Positions 25,179-55,155 of a stretch of 64,000 nt of DNA are shown here, one piece after another (the first letter of the stretch is position 1; every line of letters starts with the position of its first letter). Origin of the DNA: the human T2T-CHM13v2.0 reference genome, Homo sapiens; the NCBI RefSeq assembly GCF_009914755.1, contig NC_060931.1. One strand, given 5' to 3'. The notes under the pieces were generated by a model. It was not told the DNA's origin and ran no database searches. It worked only from the letters and a program-made list of their open reading frames with translations. The position numbers were made by a program, and so were the translations under genes.

Positions 25179-26076
25179 CTACTAAAAATACAAAAAATTA
25201 GCCTGGTGTGGTGGTATGCTCCTGTAATCTCAGCTACTTGGGAGTCTTGAGGCAGGAGAAATCGCTTGAACCTGGGAGGCAGAGGTTGCAGTGAGCCAAG
25301 ATCGAGCCACTGTACTCCAGTCTGGGTGACAGTGCAAGACTCTGTCACAAAAAAAAACAAATGCCATCTGGGGCCGGGCATGGTGGTTTACACCTCTCAT
25401 CCCTGTACTTTGGAAGGTCAAGGCTGATGGATTGCGTGAGGCCAGGAATTCAAGGCCAGCCTGGCCAATATAGCGAGACCCTATCTCTATTTTTTTAAAA
25501 CTTTCTGCTGAACTAGAAGTTTAAAGAAAAATAATAATAATAAATAAAACTGATGTATCGTGGTGGCTTCTGCTTGTAATCCCAGCACTTTGGGAGGCCA
25601 ATGTGGGCAGATCATTTGAGGTCGAGACCAGCCTGGCCAACATGGCGAAACCCCATCTCTACTAAAAATACAAAAATTACCCGGGCGTGGTGGTGGGCAC
25701 CTGTAAATTCCAGCTACTCTGGAAGTGGAGCCAAGAGAATTGCTTGAATCCGGGAGGCGGAGGTTGCAGTGAGCCAAGATCACACGACTGCACTCCAGCC
25801 TGGTGATAGTGAGGCTCCATCTCAAAAAAAATAATAAAATGTCTTTGGAGAACAGGCAAAGGAGGCTGGCTTGGGGTTTTTATGGTGGTTGGTGGGTGTG
25901 GCTGGGTGAGGGTTTGTGCACTCGGGCTTGTGTGGTTTAAAGCTCCCATTGGTGGCAAAGGAGGGAGCACTGAGGGTTTTTATCAACTTCCCCAGATGTC
26001 AGTCACAGGGGAAGATGGAAAATGATACTTAAAAGCCTTCAGCACTATATAAGATTTGGCTGGGCGTGGTGGCTCA

Positions 26077-26567
<491 letters not shown>

Positions 26568-26629
26568 TCACTTGAGACCAGGAGTTTGAGACCAGCCTGG
26601 GCAACAAAGTGACACCTCGTTCTCTATAA

Positions 26630-26995
<366 letters not shown>

Positions 26996-27591
26996 TGAGG
27001 CAAGAGGATCACTTTAGGCCAGGAGTTTGAGACCAGCCTGGGCAACACAGTGAGATCCTCATTCTCTACAAAAAAAAAAAAAAAAAAAAAAAAGCCAGGC
27101 ATGATGGTGTGCACTTGTCCCAGCTACTAGGGAGGCTGAGGTGAGAAGATGCTTTGCACCCAGGAGTTCAGGGCTATAGTGAGCTATGATCATACCAGGT
27201 GGCAGAACCAGACCCTGTCTCTGAAATAAAAATAAAATAAGACCAAAGTGTGTTTTCTACTCTCACACCACTCTATACTTAACACAAAGCAATTTTTGTG
27301 GTTTTTTTTTGAGACGGAGTCTTGCTCTGTCGCCCAGGCTGGAGTGCAGAGGTGTGATCTCGGTTCACTGCAACCAACCTCCTGGGCTCCAGCGATTCTC
27401 CTGCCTCAGCCTCCCAAGTAGCTGGGATTACAGGCACCTGCTACCACGCCTGGCTAATTTTTGTATTTTTAGTAGAGACGGGGTTTTGCTATGTTGGCCA
27501 GGTTTGTCTTGAACTCCTGGCCTCAAGTAATCCGCCCGCCTCAGCCTCCCAACGTGCTGGGATTATAGGCGTGAGCCACCATGGCCGGCCT

Positions 27592-27768
27592 GTTTACCAG
27601 TTTACTATAAGGGGCATTACGAAAAATGCAGAGGAATGGCCAGATGCCGAGGCCGAAGGGGCAAGTTTTGTGGGAAGGGGTGGAGCTTCCATGCCCTCTC
27701 TGGGTACACCACCCTCCCGGCATCTCCACATGTTCAGCATTGAAGCTCTCCGAGTGCTGTCCTTTTGT
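27592..27768 (-). mobile_element. MER21-family LTR fragment
   Basis: GGAAGGGGTGGAGCTTCCATGCCCTCTCTGGGTACACCACCCTCC…TTCAGCATTGAAGCTCTCCGA. Confidence 0.65.
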
Positions 27769-28071
27769 TTTGTTTTTTGTTTTTTTGAGACAGAGTCTTG
27801 CTGTGTCGCCCAGGCTGGAGTGCTGTGCTGTGATCTTGACCCACTGCAACTTCTGCCTCCCAGGTTCTAGCTTTTCTCCTGCCTCAGCCTCCCAAGTAGC
27901 TGAGATTACAGGTACCCGCCACCGCATCCTACCTAATTCTTGTACTTTTAGTAGAGATGGGGTTTTATCATGTTGCCAGGCTGGTCCTGAACTCCTGACC
28001 TCAGGTGGTCTGCGCCCCCCCTTGGCTTCGTAAAGTGCTGGGATTACAGGTGTGAGCCATTGCGCCCGCCA

Positions 28072-28735
<664 letters not shown>

Positions 28736-29340
28736 TGTTTCCTCTCATTGATTTTTTTTTTTTTTTTTTGGGGGATGGGGTCTCACTCTCTTCTCCCAGC
28801 TGCTGGAGTGCAGTGGCACAATCTGCCCACTGCAGCCTCCACTTCCTGGACTCAGGTGATTGTCCCACTTCAGCCTCCCGAGTAGCTGAGACCACATGCA
28901 TGTGCCACCACGCCTGGCTAATTTTTTGTATTTTTAGTGCAGGCAGGGGTCTTGCTATGTTTTCCAGGCTGGTCTCAAACCCCTGAGCTCAAGCGGTCCG
29001 CTCGCCTCGGCCTCCTAAAGTGATGGAAATACAGGTGTGTGCCACCGTACCAGGCCCAAGATGTTATCTTTAATTTCTATAGAGAACTAAATATCTGGTG
29101 ACTGTAACTCCCTTGGCTATTGGTTTTAAGCTCCTTTTTTTTTTTTTTTTTTTGGAGACAGAGTTTCGCTCTTGTTGCTCAGGCTGGAGTGTAGTGGCGT
29201 GATCTCAGCTCACGGCAACCTCCGGCTCCTGGGGTCAAGCGATTCTCCTGCCTCAGCCTCCTGAGTAGCTGGGATTACAGGTGCATGCCACCACGCCCAG
29301 CTAATTTTTGTAGTTTTGTTTTGTTTTGTTCTTGAGATAG

Positions 29341-29475
<135 letters not shown>

Positions 29476-29842
29476 TAATTTTTGTATTTTTAGTAGAGAT
29501 GGGGTTTCACCATGTTGGCCAGGATGGTCTTGATTTCTTGACCTTGTGATCCGCCTGCTTTGGCCTCCCAACGTAGTTTTTAGTAGAGATGGGGTTTTAC
29601 CATGTTGGCCATGCTGATCTTGAACTCCTGACCTCAGGTGAGCTGTCTGCCGCAGCCACCCAAAGTACTGGGATTACAGCCATGAGTCACCGTGCCCGGT
29701 GGATTAAGGCTCTTATACGCATCTTGAGATCGGTTCCTTCTGGCTCTTTCATCCCCTCACAACCCTGTAGTTGCTTCTCTTGTAGTTACCCGCCATGATC
29801 CAATGCTATGTAATCGAATCCATGCTCAACACTTTGCTATAA

Positions 29843-30102
<260 letters not shown>

Positions 30103-30998
30103 TGAACTCCTGACCTCTGGTGATCCGCCCGCCTCCACCTCCCAAAGTACTGGGCTTACAAGTGTGAGCCACCACGCCTGGCCGGAAAGAAATATTTTCT
30201 GAGATTTATAAGCTTTTTTAAAAAATTAAGGGCTGGGCACAGTGGTTCACACTTGTAAGTGCAGCACTTTGGGAGGCTAAGGCAGGAGGATTGATTGAGG
30301 TCAGGAGTTGGAGGCTACAGTGAGCTATGATTGCACCACTGCACTCTAGCCTGGGAGACAGAGTGAGACCCTGACTCAAACAGTAATTAAATCAATAAAA
30401 TTTAGAAGTTAAGATTCTTCAGCCTCTTTTGGGCTGGGCATGGTCGCTCAAGCTTGTAATCCCAGCACTCTGGGAGGCTGTGGCAGGCTGATCACTTGAG
30501 GCCAGGAGTTTGAGACCAACCTGGCCAACATTGTGAAACCCCATCTCTACTAAAAATACAGAAATTAGCCGGTGTGGTGATGCATGCCTGTAATCCCAGC
30601 TGTTCAGGAGGCTGAGACAGGAGAATTGCTTGAACTCGGGAGGTGGAGGTTGCAGTGAGCTGAGAGCATGTCACTCTATTCCAGCCCGGGCGACAGAACT
30701 AGACTCCGTCTCAAAAAAAAAAAAAAAAAGATTCTTCAGTCTCTTTTGATCTTCCTGTGCCCACTTTATGGTGCCCGGAGCTGCTGATGTTCAGATTTGC
30801 CATGGGCGGTGCTCCCCTACATCTGAAGATGCAAAGATCTCTCTTCTTCCTTGTCACCTAATCCTGCTGGCCTTCTCAGGCTCATCTGCAGAAGACCCCA
30901 CTCAAAAGTAGGGTCTGGCCAGCTGCGGTGGCTCACGCTTGTAATCCCAGCACTTTGGGAGGCTGAGGCAGGTGGGATCACCTGAGGTCAGGAGTTCA

Positions 30999-31295
<297 letters not shown>

Positions 31296-31304
31296 TCACT
31301 GCGT

Positions 31305-36245
<4,941 letters not shown>

Positions 36246-36562
36246 TATCTGGCTGTTTGTAGGCACTTGGTCCACCCATATGTGAAACCGTAGGGTTGTA
36301 GGGGTTTGATAAGGCTGGTGGATTTCTCCCCCATGACCCTTGGTAGCTTTGGTCAGTTCTTGATGGAAGTGGGGATATTTAAATGAGCCTGTCAAATATG
36401 CTCCTGTAACAGGAGGACATAGTTTTTTCAGGCCCAGATATGGTGGCTCCAGCCTGTAATCCAGCACTTTGGAAGGCCGAGCAAGGAGGATCACTTGAGG
36501 CCAGGAGCTTGAGACCAGTGTGGGCAATATGGCAAACCCAGTCTTTTTGTTTTTTGAGATAG

Positions 36563-36949
<387 letters not shown>

Positions 36950-37242
36950 TAGGCTGGTCTTGAACTCCTGACCTCAGGTGATCCGCTGGCCCTGACCACC
37001 CAAAGTGCTGAGTTTACAGGCATGAGCTACCACGCATGGCCCCCAGTCTATTTTTTCAAGATTTTTGTTTTGTTTTGTTCTGTTTTTGAGACAAGGTCTC
37101 ACTCGTCCAGGCTGGAGTGCAGTGGCTCAATTACGACTCACTATAGCCTGGACCTCCCAGGCTCAGGTTATCCTCCCATCTCAGCCTCCTGGGTATCTGG
37201 GAGTACAGGCATGTGCCACCATGCCTGGCTAATTTTTTGTAG

Positions 37243-37600
<358 letters not shown>

Positions 37601-38003
37601 TAGCTGAGACCACAGGTGTGTGCCATCCCATGCTCTCCTAATTTTTTTGTATTTTTAGTAGAGACAGGGTTTCACCATGTTGGCCTTGAACTCCTGGCCT
37701 CAAGTGATCCACCTACCTGGGCCTCCCAGAGTGCTGGGATTACACGCATCAGCCTCCGCTCCTGGCCCCCATTCATCTTTGAAGTGCAACCTCCAATGCC
37801 CCCTGCTCTGTTGATCTCAGCTTGTAGCATGTTCCTAAGGAGGCTACTGAGATATCCCCTGCTCCAGAGTTCATGGTTTTGAATTAGACCAAGACATAGC
37901 CAAAAGGTAGAGCTGATATCAGGATGAGGTATCCAACCCCCCGCCCCCACATCCCATGTTTACATTTCATATTGTTACCCTCTGCCCTGGAGAACTTCCT
38001 TGA

Positions 38004-38246
<243 letters not shown>

Positions 38247-38939
38247 TAGTCAGGATTGTGTCGATCTCCTGACCTCGTGATCCACTCATCTCGGCCTCTC
38301 AAAGTGTTGGGATTACAGGCGTGAGCCACCACGCCCGGCAAATATTTCCCTTTTACAGTCCCCAGCTGATAAAAGAGAAGGTCGTTCTTTGCACGCCGAC
38401 CTCAGAAGCAGAGAAGGATGCAATCTCATGAAGACGTGTTTAATAAATGAATGAGGAATTCTTGCCACAGCTCTGTGGTGTCTGATATCAACATCTCTAC
38501 GTTCATCCCTGGCCGACTCGCTCTACCTCCATCAATCAAAAAATTCTTTTTTGTTTCTAATAACATAGGACAGAGCCTCTGATTAAATCAGCCAAAAACC
38601 CAGCAGCCCAAGTGGATGTTCCTTGCTATCTTATTGGTATCAAAGTTCCATTGTATGTCCAAATGACAAAAAAAATAGGTACAAGGCTATGAAATCTATC
38701 TGAGTTGTCAACGACTTTGTTTCTGTTGGGTTTTGTTTTAATCTAAGAGGTTGGACTCAGCGCTGTTGCCACTTGGCTCCAGAGCACCATGATTCGACGA
38801 TTCTGTGTTGCTATGGGGATGAGATGATGTGATTCAAATGCACAGCATGTTCTGTTGCTAAGGTAATTACAGGCATCCTCACCCTCTTGATCAGGGCTGG
38901 CTTTGCCATAGATTTTAGCCATGGATAAACTGAGCGTGA

Positions 38940-39236
<297 letters not shown>

Positions 39237-39554
39237 TGACCTCAGGTGATCCACCTGCCTCAGCCTCCCAAAGTGCCGGGATTACGGGCGTGAACCATCG
39301 CACCCGGCCAGAGGAAGTTTTTTTAAAAAAAAGTATACTTGCTGCTTGACCTGGGCGACCTCATGGTGACAGCTAGCAGAGTGGACAGCATGATTACTTG
39401 TGTCTTCAGGGAAGTGGCCGGTGACTGCTGTTTCGCAGGGGCCTGATGGTCTGATGGGTAGATGGCTTGCCCAGAACCGCTGGCTGGCAGAGAGACCCAG
39501 AAAGTTTGAGTGCTCTGGGACGTATCAGAACCTTTCCTATTTGCAGTCCAAGGG

Positions 39555-39712
39555 GAAGGGGATTGAGTGAAAAGAGACATGAAGGAGCTTTCTGGGAGCA
39601 TGGACACTGCTGTATCCTGATTGTGTTTCATTTACATGGGTGTCTAAACCCATCAAACTGCACGCTGAGGTCCTGTGTGTTCGCATACAATGTACAGTTC
39701 ATCAATAAAAGC
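39555..39712 (+). mobile_element. L1ME-type 3' end fragment
   Basis: GGATTGAGTGAAAAGAGACATGAAGGAGCTTTCTGGG…CATCAAACTGCACGCTGAG…CAATAAAA. Confidence 0.6.
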
Positions 39713-40596
39713 AATCCTTTAGCTCTTCTAGGATGAGAAGGGAGGTGAGGGATGGGCGATGAGGACAGAAGTGGGAATGTGATGATCTTCCTGCCTCAGC
39801 CTCCCAAACTGCTAGGATTACAGGCGTGAGCCACCATGCCCAGCCTATTTACTTTTAAGACAGAGTCTCACTCTGTTGCACAGGCTGGAGTGCAGTGGTG
39901 CAATCATAGCTGACCGCAGTCTTGAACTCATGGTTTAGAGGAGGTTTGCTCAAGCAATCCTCCCACCTCAGCCTCCCAATCAGCTGGGACAACAGGCATA
40001 CATCACCATGCCTGGCTAATCTTTACATTTTTTGTAGAGATGGGATGTCGCTGTGTTGCACAGGCTGGTCTGGAACTCCTGGCTTCAAGTGCTCCTCCCA
40101 CCTCAGCCTCCCAAAGTGCTGGGATTGCAGGCCTGAGCCACAGCGCCCCACCAAGACTGGAGTTTTGAACTACAGTGGTTTCCCCTCTTACTAACAGTCA
40201 GTTACCCGAGGTCAACCGCAGTCCAAAAATACTAAATGCAGAAAAGAGAAAGCAATCCTTCAGACTAGGCAGGGAGAAAGCAGCCTTGAAGAACCACTGG
40301 AGAGCAGCCTCTCCTGTCTCTGAACAAGACTGTTTCACGTGCTAGAGAGCTGGCTTAGCATTTGCTACAGTGTGCATTCCCTGCTTTTGGGGGGCAGGGC
40401 ATGAAGCTTGGGCTTGGGTTTCATACACACGACCCTGCAGGAGCCTCTGAGGATGTCAGTGCCAGCCTCACCCTCCTTTGCCCTCAGTCCAGGCCATCTG
40501 AGTTTCTTGTTCTCTTTCCTTCCAGGACTGGGACACAGTGTCCAGAGAGCATAGCATTGGAGTAGGAGTTTGGGAAGCAGATTTCTAGTCCCTACC

Positions 40597-41577
<981 letters not shown>

Positions 41578-41823
41578 CTACCTGGCCACTAACTTACTGA
41601 ACATTGGCTAAACAATCTGGGCTACAGTTTCCCCAGGTGCAGAACAGGGTTAGTTGCTCTCTCAGGGCTACCATGAGGGGACAAAGCTCACTGGAGGTGT
41701 CCTGTATACAGAGGTGAAACAGGTGCTCTGCAGAGGAGACAGGAGGCTGCCTTATGATTAAAAAAAAAAAAAAAAAAAGGGCAGGGGGTTGTTGAAAAAA
41801 CATTGGCAGCCACCAGGCAGTCA

Positions 41824-42183
<360 letters not shown>

Positions 42184-42190
42184 TTATTTA

Positions 42191-42676
<486 letters not shown>

Positions 42677-43301
42677 CTAGCTATTTGGGAGGCTGAGGTG
42701 GGGAGATCACTTGAACCTGGGAGGCAGAGGCTGCAGGGAGCCCAGATTGCCCCACTTTACTCCAGCCTGGGTGACAGAGCAAGACTCTCAAAAAAAAAAA
42801 AAATGTGGCTGGGCACAGTGGCTTCTACCTGTAATCCCAGCACTTTAGGAGGCCGAGGCAGGCAGATCACGAGGTCAGATCAAGACCATCCTGGCTAAAC
42901 GGTGCAGCCCTGTCGCTACTAAAAATACAAAAAATTAGCCAGGGGTGGTGGTGGGTGCCTGTAGTCCCAGCTACTCAGGAGGCTGAGGCAGGAGAATGGT
43001 GTGAACCCGGGAGGCGGAGCTTGCAGTGAGCGGAGACTGCGCCACTGTACTCTAGCCTGGGTGACAGCAAGACTGTCTCAAAAAAAAAAAAGATATTATC
43101 CGTTACATATTACATATGACATAAACTATATATTTATAATATGAACTATGATGTAAAGATCTTTATAATATAAAACATTTTATATAATATACAGTATTAT
43201 AGTATATAATACAAACCATATTATATAAAATATACAAACGATATCATATAAAATATATTTTGTAATTTATATATAAATAGCTTTGTATTTATATGTTTTT
43301 A

Positions 43302-43442
<141 letters not shown>

Positions 43443-43684
43443 TTACATATAAAATATATTATGCAATATATTACATATAAATAACATTTTACATTACATA
43501 TATAATTTTTTTTTTCTGAGGCAGAGTCTTAACTCTGTCACCCAGGCTAGAGTGCAATGGCGCTATCTCAGCTTGCTGCAGCCTCCACCTCCTGAGTCAA
43601 GCGATTCTCCTGCCTCAGCCTCCAGAGTAGCTGGGATTATAGGCACCTGCCACCACACCCAGGTAAATTTTGTATTTTTAGTAG

Positions 43685-43795
<111 letters not shown>

Positions 43796-44450
43796 TGACC
43801 TATTTTATATTTATATTTTATATATCTATATTTTTATATTTTACATACAAATATATTTTATATTATAAATATATATATATTCGTTATATATAATATAAAA
43901 TATCAAACCATGGAGACAATGTTAAGCATCTTCCTAGTACATGCCCCTGATAAAATGCCATTTTTCCTGTTATTTTTTTCCCAGTGGAGACGTGGAAACA
44001 GGATGGCACAGAAGACGCGGAATGAGCCAGTGCGGTTAACAAGAGGAAGCACATGAATTGGAAAGTTCAGTGAGCTCTTGTTTAGATAATAGGATCCATA
44101 TATCACTAGTGATATTTTCCTTCATTCTCTTGTGATCCATAGATTCCTTCTCCCTCTCTTCCTTTCCTCCCTCCCTCTCTCTGTTGGCATTTTATTTGTA
44201 GAAAAAAGTGTAGAATTTGTTACACCCTGGATTTTGCAGATTGTCTCATTGTGGTGTCATTTGACATTTTTCTACTGCCTTGTATGTCCTGTAATTTGTT
44301 AATTAGATCAAGAGGCTTAGACTCAAGTTCTTTTTTTTATCCAGGATTACTTATAGGTGATGTTGTATACAGCCATGTAGATGGACAGGGTGTCTGGTTT
44401 TCTTATTTTTTTCAAAAAGATGTCAGCAGTCATTGGTGATCATTACCTAA

Positions 44451-44645
<195 letters not shown>

Positions 44646-44743
44646 TGATAGTAGCAGGATGATACTTTATGTTTACATTGATTTGTTACAACATACGTTT
44701 ATTCTGCTTTTCAAATAAATGGAAAAAATGAACATCTATAAGC

Positions 44744-44747
<4 letters not shown>

Positions 44748-44784
<37 letters not shown>
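44748..44784. repeat. (TA)n microsatellite at an Alu tail
   Basis: Seen directly in the sequence. Confidence 0.95.
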
Positions 44785-44802
<18 letters not shown>

Positions 44803-45519
44803 TTGAGGCAGAGTCTCACTCTGTGGACTGCAGTGGTGCGATCTTGACTCACTGTAACCTCCGCCTCCTGGGTTCAAGCAATTCTCCTGCCTCAGCCTCC
44901 TGAGTAGCTGGGACAACAGGCATGCACCACCACGCCCCGCTAACTTTTGTATTTTTATTATTTATTTATTATTTATTTTTTTTGAGATGAAGTCTTGCTC
45001 TGTCACCCAGGCTGCAGTGCAGTGGCACAATCTTGGCTCACTGTGCAACCTGTACCTCCCAGGTTCAAGCAATTCTCCTGTCTTGGCCTCCCAAGTAGGT
45101 GGGGTTACAGGTGTCTGCCACCACACTTGGCTTATTTTTCTTTGTTTTTGGTAGAGACAAGGTTTCACCATGTTGGCCAGGCTGGTTTTTGAACTCTTGA
45201 CCTCAAGTGAGGTCTGCGTCAGCCTCCCAATGTGTTGGGATTACAGGCGTGAGCCACCGTGCCCAGCGAATAAGCAGGGCAATTAGAGTCCTTTGTCTCC
45301 AGCCCTATGCGGCATATCCAGGCAGCTATTACTGCTTATTATTTCTTTTCCTATCCCTAGAACAGCAAAGGTTTATCCTTTGGTGAAATGGGAGAAAATG
45401 AAAACATTAACTTCAACACTATGCGTAGTTTAACTCAGGTGGGAGGGAACTCCTGGTTAATATCACTTGTCTGTTTCACCTGTCCCCCCGGCGTTCCCTG
45501 CGTCCTATCTTTTCCCTGT

Positions 45520-47476
<1,957 letters not shown>

Positions 47477-47701
47477 TAGTTGCATATATTTTTAGCTCTC
47501 ATTTTGTAATTAGAATTACAATGTTCACCTTCCCTTTCATTTTATAGGAGTTTTCATGTTATCTTGATATTAGAAGATGATAGCTGTAAGAGTTTTATTT
47601 TCTCTCTTACTAGGGAAGAGAGGAAAAAATAATAAACAAATTTTATCTTTGGAAAAATGAACAAGTGATAGACAAATCTCTGGTGACACTAATCAATATA
47701 A

Positions 47702-48307
<606 letters not shown>

Positions 48308-48317
48308 TAAAATAAAG

Positions 48318-49232
<915 letters not shown>

Positions 49233-49430
49233 CGTGGTGTATTTTTCCCTCACTGATCTAAAATGCAAATTTATAGAGAAATCTTGAAAAAGTAATAGGC
49301 ATAACAAATATCTGAGTTAAAAATATGTCCTGATTAAAGGACAATTTGGAAAAAAAATGTATAACAAAAATGACCTAAATAGGAAGAAAGGAACAAATGA
49401 CATAAAACCCCAAAAGGATTATTCCTTTTT

Positions 49431-49539
<109 letters not shown>

Positions 49540-49623
49540 AGACAGTCTTGCTCTGTCGCCCAGGCTGGAGTGCCATGGTGTGATCTCGGCTTACTGCAAC
49601 CTCTGCCTCCCGGGTTCAAGTGA

Positions 49624-49728
<105 letters not shown>

Positions 49729-49731
49729 TGA

Positions 49732-50025
<294 letters not shown>

Positions 50026-50759
50026 TTAGTAGAGAGGGGGTTTCACCGTGTTGGTCAGGCTGGTCTCAAACTCCTGACCTCAGGTGATCCACCTAGCTTG
50101 ACCTTCCAAAGTGCTGGGTTTACAGGCATGAGCCACCGCGCCCAACCCCAAAAGGATTATTCTAAAAAGAGTCTACACCCACAAGATTTGTAAATGAATC
50201 ATTTTTATGGAGATGATTTCTACTGTTTATTTTGGTTTTGTTTTGTTTTTTGTTTTTTTTTTTTTTTTTTTGACGGAGTCACACACTGTCGCTCAGGGCT
50301 GGAGTGCAATGGTGCGATCTCGGCTCACTGCAACCTTCGCCTGCTGGGTTCACACCATTCTCCTGCCTCAGCCTCCTGAGTAGCTGGGATTAAAGGTGTA
50401 CACCATGACACCGAGCTAATTTTTTGTATTTTTAGTAGAGCCAGGGTTTCACCGTGTTAGCCAGGATGGTCTCGAACTCCTGACCTCGTGATCTGCCCGC
50501 CTTAGCCTCCCGAAGTGCTGGGATTACAGGCAAGAGCCACCGCGCCTGGCCTACTGTTTATAATTCACTCTAGAACCACGCGGTAGAAACCACAGGTAGA
50601 ATCTACCACAGGGTGGAAATCTACGTAGTTGAATGTGCAAAGGACTCCAATTCCTGATGTGCAAACCTGATCCAGGAAACCAGACAAAAAACCTTTTACA
50701 AAGAGACAAAATCTTTTTGTAGAAACAAAAGGAAAAGCCGGCTGGGCATGGTGTCATTC

Positions 50760-51300
50760 ACCCCCAGCTCTGTGTCAGCCAGAAGCCCGGCGCCACACCC
50801 TGCCAGCCCATGGCCACCTCCCACGTGACTGCAGCCGTGGCTGTGGCTGGAAGTGCAGGGTAGCCTAACCGGAAGCATGGCGTCGTGGGGGGTTCTGGGA
50901 GTTGTAGTCCCTGGGGGAGCTGCTTTTACGCAGTGTTTTGAGGTGCAGGACTGCAATGCGCGCACTTCCGGACCCCAGACTCTTCCTACGGCGACTGACA
51001 CCTCAGACACGCGTTGTGGGGGGCGGCGCTCTGGCTCCGGGGCTGTGCCCAGCGCGAGCGTGGCCGGCACCCACTTGCTGCAGAGCCGGCACTGCACTGG
51101 GGTCCTTGGGGGCGGCTCCTCCAGACGTCTCTGCGGGTTGTCGGGTGCTGCCGAGTTGGGTTGGGGGACGCTACAGGTAGTGGGTCCGGAGCAGCGGCTG
51201 GCCCCTCATCTCACTGCCCTTCCTCGGACCCCACCGTCCTCTGGAAGCTTGTGCAGGGCACCTGCCACTGTGACCACCTGGACGCAGGTGAGCTAGGGGC
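50760..51300 (+). promoter_or_regulatory. CpG island promoter of KRAB-ZNF type
   Basis: E-box CACGTGAC 50822-50829; ETS CCGGAAG 50869-50875 next to YY1-like CATGGCG 50876-50882; ZNF143/THAP11 motif (reverse complement ACTACAACTCCCAGAA) 50893-50908; TGCGCGCA 50957-50964; ETS CACTTCCGG 50963-50971; donor CAG|GTGAGC at 51287/51288. Confidence 0.85.
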
Positions 51301-53286
51301 TTGTTCTCTGCACAGGGGATCCCGCTCTTCCCCAAGAGTGGGTTTGTTGCCGTCCCTTCCCCTGGAGCTTCTCTGCCCATCCAGGCCCCTGAAGTCCACT
51401 ACCCTGCGGTGCCTGGGTCTCTAGGGGGAAGAAGGGGGCTGTTGGGGAATGTCCCCGTCTCTTGCAGAGGGTAACCCCCTTTTTTCTCTCCTACTTGGCT
51501 CATGCAGACCCCCGATCGCAGCCAGTGGTGGGCACTGAGCTAGGAGGGAAACGAAGGCAGGGTGTGGAGGGGGGTTATTTCAGGCGTCTGGGCTCATTCA
51601 AAACATCTTCTGAGTGCCTGGGTCCGATCTGGGGGAGCACGGAGCTGGGGTCCCTTGTTGGATGCAGTCCTACAGAGGTGTTGGTCACGTTAACATGTGG
51701 GGGCGATCCAGGGGTAGCCGCCCTGTTAGTTACCTCAACTATCAGGATGCATGGACACCCAGGGGAGGGAGGATCAGTTTCAACTGGGGAAGGAGTGACT
51801 TCAGGTCAGACTTAAATAAGATGTTGCAGATGAAATGGCAATAGGGTCTTTGAGGACCAGGGAGGAGCATCCCTGAGGGGTAATGATGGGTGGTACTGAG
51901 GACTCAGCACAGGGGAGGCGCCCAGGGCCGTGAGGCTGGGGGCGGGGTGGGGGGCTGACCAGCAAGGTCCGAGGCTGGGGTCTCCCTCTTGCTCCAGCTG
52001 CAAATGCAGTACTTCAAGGCAGAGGCATGATCATATTTGGGTGTTGGTCAAAGTATCCCTGCAGGAAGTAGAGTTATGAGGGTTGGACTGAGGGTGTGAG
52101 ACAATTGAGTAGGGAGACACCAGATGAAGGCGTACAGTGTGAGCACCTCTGTTGTAGACGGGTGAGGAGAAGGAGGCGGCTGCCGCAGTTCTGTGTAGAC
52201 TGTTCTTTTCCAGCCCTTGGTGAAGAAAGGTGAGCAACACTTGGGGTGGTGTGATGTGATGGAGTTAGCAGAGGATGTCTGTCTTTGATGTTTTTTTTTT
52301 TTTTTTTAAGATGAAACTCACTTGAGTTGGGGAGAGAATGAAACTGGTACTATGGTTTTAAATCGTGATAGGAGCAAATGTTTTCGTGGTGGTGGTTTTT
52401 CTATCACGACTTGCACTTGGGTCTTACTGAAAGAGGTTTTTCTTTTCTTTTTTTTTTTTTTTTTTGAGACTGAGTCTCACTCTGTCGCCCAGGCTGGAGT
52501 GCAGTGGCACAATCTCAGCTCACTGCAACCTCCAACTCCCCGGTTCAAGCGAATTCTCCTGCCTCAGCCTCCTAAATAGCTGGGATTACAGGCGGGCGCC
52601 ACCACGCCTGGCTGATTTTTGTATTTTTAGTAGAGACGGTTTCACCATGTTGGTCAGGCTGGTCTCGAACTCCTGACCTCGTGATCCGCCCGCCTCGGCC
52701 TCCCAAAGTGCTCGGATTACAGGCATGAGCCACCTTGCCCGGCCTGAAGGAGCTTTTCCTATGACATGTCCATAATTCTTTTTTGCTATTTTTGATTAGT
52801 AATATTGGAAGAGATCTAAATACATAGCAAAGTAAAAGAAAATGGAGCCTTTGTACTCATGATCCAAATTGAGCAGATGTCAAAAGTTTACTTCATTCTG
52901 AGCCGAATGGATGTGAAAAAAAAAGTATGCTGGGTTCAGATTTTCTTACAGAACTAAAACCTCCTAAATACTGTTGACGACCCTTTGTACTCTCCCTCAC
53001 TGAGATTAAACTTAAAATTGCTATATATCTTTTATTTTGGGGGGTTGAGTCTCTTGTCGCCCAGGCTGGAGTGCAGTGGCTGGATCTGGGCTCACGGCAA
53101 CCTCTGTCTGCCGAGTAGGTGGGATCACAGGCGCCCACGACCACACCTGGCTAATTTTTGTATTTTTGGTAGAGACGAGTTTCCCCATGTCGGGCAGGCT
53201 GGTGTTAAACTCCTGACCTCAAGTGATCCACCCACCTTGGCTTCCCAGAGTGCTGGGATCACAGGCGTGAGCCACTGCACCTGGCC

Positions 53287-54575
<1,289 letters not shown>

Positions 54576-54703
54576 GAACATATACTCTGTTTTATGGAAT
54601 TAAGTGTTTTCCCACTTAAAAAAATAGAGCAAGTTAAAACAAAAAAAATTTCTGCCACAACGTATCACCTGAATCTAATCATGAGACATTAAACCTAAAT
54701 TGA

Positions 54704-54820
<117 letters not shown>

Positions 54821-54823
54821 TAA

Positions 54824-55155
<332 letters not shown>

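Noticed and set aside
38545-38685. Possible plus-strand exon (…AACATAG|GACAGAG…ATAG|GTACAA) with one open frame
   Set aside because: Weak donor, unrecognised translation, and no supporting context.
50572-50626. Short degenerate ACCAC/GGTAGAA repeats with RUNX-like cores upstream of the second promoter
   Set aside because: Too short and degenerate to separate from chance.
50696-51424. 133-147 aa ORFs in the second CpG island
   Set aside because: GC-rich, stop-poor frames with no KRAB or C2H2 motif.
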